NCBI RefSeq assembly: GCF_000015945.1
Contig: NC_009033.1
Location: 270,001 to 302,000, forward strand
From: Staphylothermus marinus F1
Lineage (GTDB): Archaea; Thermoproteota; Thermoprotei_A; Sulfolobales; Desulfurococcaceae
DNA: 32,000 nt
Reading direction: 5' to 3'
The translations under genes were made by a program, and so were the position numbers. Numbering within the stretch: position 1 is the first letter of the stretch; the number at the start of each line of letters is the position of its first letter. The notes below the pieces were generated by a model. The model was given only the letters and a program-made list of their open reading frames with translations. It was not told the DNA's origin and did no database searches. This document shows, piece by piece, positions 25,511 to 32,000 of the stretch.

Positions 25511-26572
25511 ATGTGTTTGAGGCATCTTGTGAGAGATCTTAGTGGAAAAGATCTGATATCCACGCTAGATTGGAGTGATGAAGAATTAGAAATCGCATTA
25601 AAGCTCGCCGAGGAACTTAAATGGACAGCTCACTATTATGGCGTAGAAGCTATACCCAAGATCCTTGAGCGAAAAGTATTCTTCATGCTGTTCTTCGCTC
25701 CCTCGACAAGGACGAGAGCAGCGTTTGAAGCAGCAATGCATTATCTTGGAGGGCATGCAGCATATATTGAAGCTAAAACAACTCGTATGGCTTGGGGTAA
25801 AGAGGAGAAGGTTGGTGAAGCTGTGAAGGATGTTGCAGTAATGTATGAGAGATACGGCCATGGTATAGGAGTACGTATACTTGACAAAGCAATCGATTAC
25901 ATATATGGACGTGGAAACAGCTATATAAGAGAAATAGCAAAAGCAGCGAATGTCCCAGTAATAAATATGGCTGACGACATGTTTCATCCAACACAGGGAT
26001 TAGCAGACCTATACACGTTCAGGGAGAGATTCGGAAAAGTTGAAGGCAAGAAATACGTTATAATGTGGGCTTATAGCCCAGAAATACGTGGATGGTGCAG
26101 TGTACAAGAAGACATGATTCTCTTCCCAAGATTCGGAGTAGACGTAGTAGTTGCACGCCCACCAGGCTTCGACCTAGATCCCAAACTAGTTGAGAAAGCA
26201 AAGCAACTAGCCAAAGAACACGGTGGATCACTAGAATTCACAGACAACTATAAGGAAGCCCTAGAGGGAGCACACGCAGTATTCCCGAGAAACTGGGCTT
26301 CACCAAAACTAGTACAGCTAGGATATAGTAAGTTCAAGGACGAAGAACTAAGAATATATGAGAAATACAAGGACTGGAAAGTAACACGTGAACTATTCGA
26401 TAAAATGGATAAGCACGGCGTACTAATGCATGTATTACCAATAATGAGAAACTATGAAGCAGACGACGACGTCATAGATGATCCAAAGAGATCAATAATA
26501 TATGAACAAGCAGAAAACGGATTATGGACAAAAGCAGCAGTTCTAGCATTAACAATGTTTGGAGTAAAGTAA
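25511..26572 (+). CDS. YgeW-type (knotted) carbamoyltransferase of the OTC/ATC superfamily; substrate unassigned
   Basis: STRTR carbamoyl-phosphate motif (FFAPSTRTRAAFE), HPTQGLADL, and HVLP in place of HCLP. The stretch KKYVIMWAYSPEIRGWCSVQ...FGVDVVVARPPGFDL, plus GRGNSYIREI and PRNWASPK, match my recollection of E. coli YgeW (MTWAYSP...FGMDVTLAHPEGYDL, GAGNAYMREV, KSWAP). They do not match OTCase or ATCase second-substrate motifs. GGTGA SD before the ATG. Confidence 0.82.
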   Translation: MCLRHLVRDLSGKDLISTLDWSDEELEIALKLAEELKWTAHYYGVEAIPKILERKVFFMLFFAPSTRTRAAFEAAMHYLGGHAAYIEAKTTRMAWGKEEKVGEAVKDVAVMYERYGHGIGVRILDKAIDYIYGRGNSYIREIAKAANVPVINMADDMFHPTQGLADLYTFRERFGKVEGKKYVIMWAYSPEIRGWCSVQEDMILFPRFGVDVVVARPPGFDLDPKLVEKAKQLAKEHGGSLEFTDNYKEALEGAHAVFPRNWASPKLVQLGYSKFKDEELRIYEKYKDWKVTRELFDKMDKHGVLMHVLPIMRNYEADDDVIDDPKRSIIYEQAENGLWTKAAVLALTMFGVK

Positions 26573-26724
26573 AATATAGTTTAACAATTTTTAATTCCTA
26601 CTACTTCTTTTTCATCTTATATTACTTCTTTACTATATTATGTAATAGATGATCATGAATGTTGAAAACATGAAAATACTAATTATCCATGTAAGATTTT
26701 TCATAAAACTAGTGGTGTATACTA

Positions 26725-27783
26725 ATGGATTTGAGAGAATATTTGGAACTTAAACTCGTCCTAGATGGTAATGTGGTTTTGGATGAGTTATCGGCTAAGC
26801 TACTTTTTCTAATCAACCGCTACGGCTCAATATTATCTGCTAGTCGGGCATTAGGGTTATCATATAGTAGTGCTTGGGATATGTTGACGAGAATAGAGAA
26901 TATATTGGGTAAGAGAATAGTTGAGAAGCATCGTGGTGCTAAGGGTGGTGCGAGGCTAACGAGTGTTGGCTTGAATTTATTGGAGAGATATATTTCTGCT
27001 TATAAAAAGTATTTTCATAAGGAATTCAGTGTGGAAATACCTCTTAAACCTGAGGCTTCTCAGAAAATATACGTGTATGCTGGAAGCCACGATATTGTCA
27101 TAAGTTATTTAGCGAGCTTATTGAGGTATAAAGGATACATTGTTGAAGTACATTGGATCGGTTCATTAAAGGGTTTATCATCAATAATACTTGGTGAATC
27201 AGACTTCTCCGGAACACATCTATTAGACCCTAATACTGGTGAGTATAATGTATCATTTATAAAGAAATATGGTGGTTCAACCAGCCTAGCACTGGTGAGA
27301 GGATGGCTTAGAAGTATAGGGTTCATAACACGATCTAGGATTAGTTTTGAAGAGATCATTGAAAAACTCCTCAATGGATCATTTAGGCTTATAAATAGAA
27401 ATGAGGGATCTGGTAGTAGGCAATTATTAGAATACATTCTAAGACTTGAAGCTAAGAAGAGGAATACTAGAATAGACATTATTAGGTCTAGGATTAGAGA
27501 ATACAATAACACTGCATATACTCATTATGAGGTTGCAGAGCAAGTTTCTACTGGTAAAGCAGATGTGGGGATAGGTATTGAATGGGTTGCCAGAGCATAC
27601 AATCTATACTTCAACCATATTAAGTGGGAGAATTTCGATATAATTGTTAGAAGGGAGAAGATAGAAGATAAATTCTATAAAGACTTAATCGAAACAATTA
27701 AGTCGAAAGAATTTATTGAAAATATAAAAAGCATGCCCGGCTATAATGTGCCTGAGAACATTGGTGAAGTACTGTTTTTCTGA
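26725..27783 (+). CDS. ModE-type HTH regulator fused to a periplasmic-binding-protein-like oxyanion-sensing domain (COG1910-like)
   Basis: The N-terminal GSILSASRALGLSYSSAWDMLTRIENILGKRIVEKHRGAKGGARLTSVGLNLLERY is collinear with the E. coli ModE N-terminal domain (GSISQGAKDAGISYKSAWD...GGKGGGGA.LT..G). The C-terminal ~240 aa is PBP-like. Lies directly upstream of wtpABC. Confidence 0.75.
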   Translation: MDLREYLELKLVLDGNVVLDELSAKLLFLINRYGSILSASRALGLSYSSAWDMLTRIENILGKRIVEKHRGAKGGARLTSVGLNLLERYISAYKKYFHKEFSVEIPLKPEASQKIYVYAGSHDIVISYLASLLRYKGYIVEVHWIGSLKGLSSIILGESDFSGTHLLDPNTGEYNVSFIKKYGGSTSLALVRGWLRSIGFITRSRISFEEIIEKLLNGSFRLINRNEGSGSRQLLEYILRLEAKKRNTRIDIIRSRIREYNNTAYTHYEVAEQVSTGKADVGIGIEWVARAYNLYFNHIKWENFDIIVRREKIEDKFYKDLIETIKSKEFIENIKSMPGYNVPENIGEVLFF

Positions 27784-27813
27784 GTAAGATTTTTATTATG
27801 TATTATTGTTGAT

Positions 27814-27839
27814 TTAATTATCGGATATCCGATAATTAA
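27814..27839. promoter_or_regulatory. Perfect 26-bp palindrome TTAATTATCGGATATCCGATAATTAA between a TATA-like box and the wtpA start; candidate operator
   Basis: All 13 base pairs were checked around the centre at 27826/27827. The palindrome ends 3 nt before ATG 27843. TTTTTATTATG (about 27790-27800) lies upstream, so the palindrome would cover the expected transcription start. Confidence 0.55.
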
Positions 27840-27842
27840 TAA

Positions 27843-28901
27843 ATGGCGATCTACTTGGATAAGTTAAAGATGCCCATAATAATAGGCTTAATTGTTTTAA
27901 TTATAGCATCTCTCACCGGATACTACTACTATACACATAATACTAAGACTTCTGAGATCATAATATTCGCTGCTGGCTCATTAAAGATACCATTAGATGA
28001 GATAGCTTCGAAATATAGTGAGAAATATGGAGTAAACATATATATTGAAGCCAGTGGCAGTGTTGAAGCTATTCGTAAAGTAACCGATCTTGGAAGAGAA
28101 GCTGATATTATCGCAGTAGCCGATTATAGACTTATTCCAACATTCCTTGTCCCAAACTATACTAGTTGGTATATAGGATTTGCAACAAATCAAGTAGTTC
28201 TTGTATATACTGATAAATCAAAATACCATGAAATACTGGAAAACAATCCTAGTGAATGGTATAAGATCTTGATGAGAAACGATGTAAAATGGGGCTTTTC
28301 TGATCCAAACAAGGATCCATGTGGTTATCGCTCGGTGGGCATTATTGGTTTGGCATCAATATACTATAATGATACAAGTATTCTAGAGAACTTACTGCTT
28401 AATAAAACGAATATTGCTGTAGAAAAAGTTAACGATACCTTGAACCTAATTGTACCCGCTGATCTTAAGGTGAGCGAGAACAGTAATTTAATTATTAGAT
28501 CTAAAAGTGTTGACTTAATATCGCTGGTAGAAGCTGGAACAATTGATTACGCATTTGAATATCAAAGTGTTGCTGTACAACATCATTTAAAATACATTAA
28601 GCTACCGGATCAAATTAACCTAGGTAATCCGAAATATGCTTATTTCTATGGAAAAGTTATTGTAAAGATACTCGTCGGTACCGATAAAGAAAAATCCATA
28701 GCGATGTCTCCAATAATATATGGTATCACAGTTCTAGATAATGCCCCCCATAGAAGCGAAGCTTTAAAGTTCCTAAAATTTCTACTAGGTAATACTGGCA
28801 GAGAAATCTTCGAGGAAAAGGGCCAGCCATATCTCGACGAGTTTATAGTATATGGAAAGATCCCAGAGGAGTTAAGGAGCATTGCAGGTTCAGAGTCTTA
28901 G
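27843..28901 (+). CDS. wtpA: Tungstate/molybdate ABC transporter substrate-binding protein (WtpA type)
   Basis: N-terminal TM anchor. IFAAGSL...EASGSVEAIRKV...ADIIAVADY has the ModA/WtpA fold pattern. SDPNKDPCGYR matches the WtpA-subfamily signature as I recall it. Confidence 0.83.
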   Translation: MAIYLDKLKMPIIIGLIVLIIASLTGYYYYTHNTKTSEIIIFAAGSLKIPLDEIASKYSEKYGVNIYIEASGSVEAIRKVTDLGREADIIAVADYRLIPTFLVPNYTSWYIGFATNQVVLVYTDKSKYHEILENNPSEWYKILMRNDVKWGFSDPNKDPCGYRSVGIIGLASIYYNDTSILENLLLNKTNIAVEKVNDTLNLIVPADLKVSENSNLIIRSKSVDLISLVEAGTIDYAFEYQSVAVQHHLKYIKLPDQINLGNPKYAYFYGKVIVKILVGTDKEKSIAMSPIIYGITVLDNAPHRSEALKFLKFLLGNTGREIFEEKGQPYLDEFIVYGKIPEELRSIAGSES

Positions 28902-29682
28902 AAAAATTGAGGGATTCTTATTAGTCTTCGTAACCATTTCATCTCTAGGTATTTTATTTATTTTATCACCTATAATCGCTTTATTCATAAGTGCTGACCC
29001 AGAAACATTTTCTCAGGTATGGTTACAAGATAATGTGTTTTCTCGCCAAGCATATCCAGCGTTATTATTAACTATTCAAGCATCAATAACTTCTACACTA
29101 ATACTTTTATTCATAGGTATTCCTACAGCTTATTTATTGGCCCGATATAGTTTTAAAGGAAAACAATTTATTGAGGGACTCATAGATGTTCCATTAATGA
29201 TCCCGCATACAATTGTTGGAATAATGATTCTACTAGCTTATGGACGTAATGGATTATTTAGTGATCTACCACATATTTTAGGGTTATCTATAGAGAATAG
29301 TTTCTGGGGAATTGTCGCGGCAATGTTGTTTGTTTCTTTTCCAATAATGATTGATACATTAAAGCTAGGCTATGAGAAGATCAGTGTTTCTTTAGAGTTT
29401 GTTGCTAGAAGTTTGGGTGCGAGTAGATGGATTACATTTATAAAGATAACGTTGCCTCTACTATTACCTAATATAATCGTTGGATTTCTGTTATCATGGG
29501 CTAGAGCATTAAGCGAGGTCGGCTCTATACTTATCGTAGCATATTATCCGAAGACAATAAATGTATTGATCTATGAATGGTTTAATACTTACGGATTAAG
29601 GTATACAACATCATTATCATCAGTAGTTGTATTATTATCGCTTTTCGCATTCATAGGTATAAGGGTGTTATTTAAGAAATGA
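28882..29682 (+). CDS. wtpB: Tungstate/molybdate ABC transporter permease
   Basis: 266 aa with 5-6 TM helices. EAA-type loop SLEFVARSLGASRWITFIKITLP. TTG start is preceded by AAGGAG. Overlaps wtpA by 20 nt. Confidence 0.83.
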   Translation: MQVQSLRKIEGFLLVFVTISSLGILFILSPIIALFISADPETFSQVWLQDNVFSRQAYPALLLTIQASITSTLILLFIGIPTAYLLARYSFKGKQFIEGLIDVPLMIPHTIVGIMILLAYGRNGLFSDLPHILGLSIENSFWGIVAAMLFVSFPIMIDTLKLGYEKISVSLEFVARSLGASRWITFIKITLPLLLPNIIVGFLLSWARALSEVGSILIVAYYPKTINVLIYEWFNTYGLRYTTSLSSVVVLLSLFAFIGIRVLFKK

Positions 29683-30395
29683 TAGAAATACGTGATCTAT
29701 ACGTTGAAATAGGTGGTTTTAAACTAAGCATACCATATTTAAGCATTAACGATAATGAATACTTAATAGTCATGGGTCCAAGCGGTGTAGGGAAAACAGT
29801 ATTTCTCCACACACTCGCAGGATTCATAAAACCTCTCCGAGGAGAAATACTTGTAAACAATAAAAACATAGTCAAGCTACCTCCCGAGAAGAGAGGATTT
29901 GTATTAATTCCCCAAGATTATGGTCTCTTCCCCCACATGACTGTTAGGGAAAACATAGGTTTCGGCCTCATAATTAGGGGTTATGATAATAATACTATTG
30001 AGAAAAGGATCTTAGAGATCAGTAGGATTCTAGGTATTGAACATCTTCTCGAGAGAAAACCTGATACACTCAGTGGCGGCGAGAAACAGAGGGTTGCATT
30101 GGCAAGAGCTCTCATAGTTGAGCCTGAAATTATTCTTTTAGACGAGCCGCTTGCAAGCATTGATCCTGGAAACAGGGTTAAAATAAGATCTTTCATTAAG
30201 GAGCTAAGAAAGAAAATAAAATTTACAGCTATACATGTTACACATGATATTGTTGAAGCAATAGATCTAGGTGACCACATAGCATATGTAGAGAGAGGAA
30301 AACTTATCGGGAAATTCTCTGTAGAAGAATTTTTAGACACAAAATATGCTAAACCCTACATCGAAGAGTTAAAGCCTATACTAAATCGCTTATAA
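29679..30395 (+). CDS. wtpC: Tungstate/molybdate ABC transporter ATP-binding protein
   Basis: Walker A GPSGVGKT, signature LSGGEKQR, Walker B ILLDEP, H-loop HVTHD. Overlaps wtpB by 4 nt. Confidence 0.87.
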   Translation: MIEIRDLYVEIGGFKLSIPYLSINDNEYLIVMGPSGVGKTVFLHTLAGFIKPLRGEILVNNKNIVKLPPEKRGFVLIPQDYGLFPHMTVRENIGFGLIIRGYDNNTIEKRILEISRILGIEHLLERKPDTLSGGEKQRVALARALIVEPEIILLDEPLASIDPGNRVKIRSFIKELRKKIKFTAIHVTHDIVEAIDLGDHIAYVERGKLIGKFSVEEFLDTKYAKPYIEELKPILNRL

Positions 30396-30409
30396 AAATG
30401 AATAGTATT

Positions 30410-31060
30410 TTATGTTAAAATATGGATCCTTCTCGCTTTTATAGTTAGGATCAGGCTATACAATAAGAAAAAGAGAGCTATCAACGATAAAGATAATTCT
30501 ACAAAAACCGTTTGAACCCAAATATTACTTAGTATGCTCACTATATCTAATACCGCGATATATGAATCAAACAATATCGCATATAATGGAAGTATTAATG
30601 CTAAGTAGAAATATGTTTTATTATATACTTTACCTATATGTCTTGTTATTAAAGCAGAGATAATTAATAATACTAATGAGAACGTAAACAAGGGGTTATA
30701 TGGTAATGTAATGGGTAATGTAAATATGAAGCCTATTATTAAATGAAGTGTTGATCTATTAATTTTTGAAGCATCACTTGTTAAAAACGTAATATAAATT
30801 AATATGTCATCTATTAAATCATCGATTACTTGTTTGTTATCTTGTCCAGCAATGTTCTTAATTGTCTCCTTAATTTTAACTGTTTTCGAATATAGTTCTC
30901 TAAGCTTATTCTTATCATTTTCAACAAGAATACTAAATGATTTCTCGGCGTACTTTATAATCCTATCTATTCTCTCCGCATGTTTAATCAATTGTTTTTT
31001 CTTAGCTACTTTAGACGACTCCTCTAGTTTCTCTATCGCTTTATGAAGTATCTCTGACAT
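30410..31060 (-). CDS. Hypothetical membrane protein: ~100-aa charged helical N-domain plus ~4 TM helices (paralog-like to the upstream gene)
   Basis: 216 aa. The N-terminus, MSEILHKAIEKLEESSKVAKKK...IKETIKNI, is K/E/I-rich. The C-terminal half is hydrophobic. GAGGT lies 13 nt upstream of the ATG. I recognise no family. Confidence 0.6.
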   Translation of the reverse strand: MSEILHKAIEKLEESSKVAKKKQLIKHAERIDRIIKYAEKSFSILVENDKNKLRELYSKTVKIKETIKNIAGQDNKQVIDDLIDDILIYITFLTSDASKINRSTLHLIIGFIFTLPITLPYNPLFTFSLVLLIISALITRHIGKVYNKTYFYLALILPLYAILFDSYIAVLDIVSILSNIWVQTVFVELSLSLIALFFLLYSLILTIKARRIHILT

Positions 31061-31101
31061 TTCATTACAATACCTCGTAATATGTTCTTCGATAATATTA
31101 G

Positions 31102-31821
31102 TTAGATAAATGCATCTAGAGACTTGTATAGTGTAAGGAAGGATTTAAGACTGAGTATTAGGCCTATAGTTCCAAGCCCTCCTATGACTATTACTATAAT
31201 ATATGCTATTAGTGGTGATATGTTGAGTGCGTTTACTATTCTATATATTTCTCCGTTGTCCATGAAGGCGTATAGCATGTAAAGCATTGCTTGAAAACAT
31301 ATAAACAATGATATAGGTATTAAGGCGGATGAAATAATTAATCCCAGTTTTCTCCTCGCTCGGTAAGCATGTATTGATATAAGCAATGGGAATAAGAGGA
31401 AGCCGATAAATAATATGCTGAATCCAAAAAATATAGGTAGTAGAATCAATGTTATTGTGAAAGCTGTAATGAATTCTCTATAAGCCTTCCTCACCTTATC
31501 TATTTCCCCTGTGAAGTCATAGTATGATGCTGCTATATATTTTCTCAGTTTTTTAATTTCCTCTAATAAGAGGTGAGGATTTTTTCTAATATTAAAAATG
31601 TTTTTGTTAATCTCATCTGTCTTCTCATATATTTTAGAAGCTAGATCTGGATAGTCATATTTTTTCTTCCTAATAATATCATTGATAATATTAATCGACT
31701 CATCTATTAACGCATATGTTTTCTCGAGATTTGGAATTGGTGAAAAAATATTGTTTATTTTTGATTTCATCTTTTTAAGCATGTTTATTGTGTCTCTGAG
31801 GATTTCATCGGTTTTAGCCAC
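31102..31821 (-). CDS. Hypothetical membrane protein: ~110-aa charged helical N-domain plus ~4-5 TM helices
   Basis: 239 aa with the same architecture as the 216-aa neighbour. GTG start overlaps the stop of a 38-aa upstream ORF (GTGGCTAA). Confidence 0.6.
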   Translation of the reverse strand: MAKTDEILRDTINMLKKMKSKINNIFSPIPNLEKTYALIDESINIINDIIRKKKYDYPDLASKIYEKTDEINKNIFNIRKNPHLLLEEIKKLRKYIAASYYDFTGEIDKVRKAYREFITAFTITLILLPIFFGFSILFIGFLLFPLLISIHAYRARRKLGLIISSALIPISLFICFQAMLYMLYAFMDNGEIYRIVNALNISPLIAYIIVIVIGGLGTIGLILSLKSFLTLYKSLDAFI

Positions 31822-31930
31822 TTTCTTTTCTCCTCTTCCTCGCAGAAGTCCACTTATATGCTACAAATATTAATAGTAGAAATACTATTCCCCAGCCAAA
31901 GGCTAGGAACCCAAGTGCTTCGGGAGCCAT
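31814..31930 (-). CDS. Unannotated 38-aa single-TM micro-protein (MAPEALGFLAFGWGIVFLLLIFVAYKWTSARKRRKESG)
   Basis: Found by hand; it is below the ORF-track length cutoff. ATG (31930-31928) is preceded by GGAGG 8 nt upstream. It has a hydrophobic helix followed by a basic tail. Its TAA stop overlaps the GTG start of the 239-aa gene. Confidence 0.45.
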   Translation of the reverse strand: MAPEALGFLAFGWGIVFLLLIFVAYKWTSARKRRKESG

Positions 31931-31934
31931 GTTT

Positions 31935-32000
31935 TCAGCCTCCTAGTTCTTGTGGGTATCTATTCTTTAATGCCTTATAGTTTATGATTAAGCCGACGAT
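31935..32000 (-). CDS. 3' end of an unidentified CDS entering from beyond the window (...IVGLIINYKALKNRYPQELGG*)
   Basis: The minus-strand frame is open from the window edge to TGA (31937-31935). Its last codons contain the SD of the 38-aa ORF. Only 21 codons are visible. Confidence 0.2.
   Translation of the reverse strand: MVGLIINYKALKNRYPQELGG

Noticed and set aside
25598-25994. Two Cys/His-rich minus-strand ORFs (129 aa and 73 aa) inside the carbamoyltransferase gene
   Set aside because: They are antisense to a CDS with strong family motifs along its full length. The Cys/His richness is a by-product of the complement of a GC-poorer coding frame, and there are no start signals.
26640-26700. 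Possible C/D-box sRNA or operator in the regulator upstream region (AGATGATCATGAATGTTGAAAACATGAAAA)
   Set aside because: GATGATC is not a proper C box (RUGAUGA) and no CUGA D box lies at a suitable distance. The ATGTT-GAA-AACAT symmetry is only 5 bp per arm.
1-32000. CRISPR arrays, transposases/IS elements, integrases, prophage or toxin-antitoxin modules
   Set aside because: I scanned intergenic regions and ORF translations. The only direct repeat found is the 3x12-bp tract at 22549-22587, which is too short and has no spacers. I found no DDE, tyrosine or serine recombinase motifs and no tRNA-flanked island.

Overview
Densely coded, AT-rich archaeal chromosomal segment. The gene content and style fit a hyperthermophilic crenarchaeon, possibly Desulfurococcales or Staphylothermus-like, but that taxon is a guess and cannot be verified here. 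I can support about 34 protein genes. I saw no rRNA, tRNA, CRISPR array, transposase or integrase. Layout: (1) 1-4216, a minus-strand operon of pheS, a PIN-like protein resembling RNA-free RNase P (HARP), a NOL1/NOP2/Sun m5C RNA methyltransferase and a radical-SAM protein. (2) 4330-4414, an isolated GC-rich structured RNA candidate with H/ACA-guide-like geometry. (3) 4482-12221, a glycerol/glycerophospholipid catabolic supercluster: G3P dehydrogenase, NOX-like flavoprotein, DUF1667 protein, glycerophosphodiesterase, membrane-anchored alpha/beta hydrolase, MFS transporter and glycerol kinase. (4) 12330-14043, a DUF438/hemerythrin-like/PAS protein paired with a small Cys-containing HTH regulator. 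(5) 14129-16928, three tightly overlapped genes: a RadA/RadB-like protein lacking both Walker motifs, a 74-aa protein, and a family-B DNA polymerase with degenerate motifs. I consider this the best candidate for an undescribed system, a possible archaeal damage-tolerance or mutasome-like module. (6) 17113-22445, a five-gene Dpp/Opp-type peptide ABC transporter. (7) A DUF89 phosphatase preceded by a perfect 3x12-bp tandem repeat, and an aminotransferase. (8) An orphan YgeW-type carbamoyltransferase behind an unusually long, poorly coding gap. (9) A ModE-HTH/PBP one-component regulator plus wtpABC, with a perfect 26-bp palindrome abutting the wtpA start. (10) Two tandem coiled-coil/4-TM proteins of unknown function, preceded by a 38-aa single-TM ORF that the supplied ORF track missed. 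All functional calls rest on motif recognition by eye and recalled family knowledge. No database search was run.
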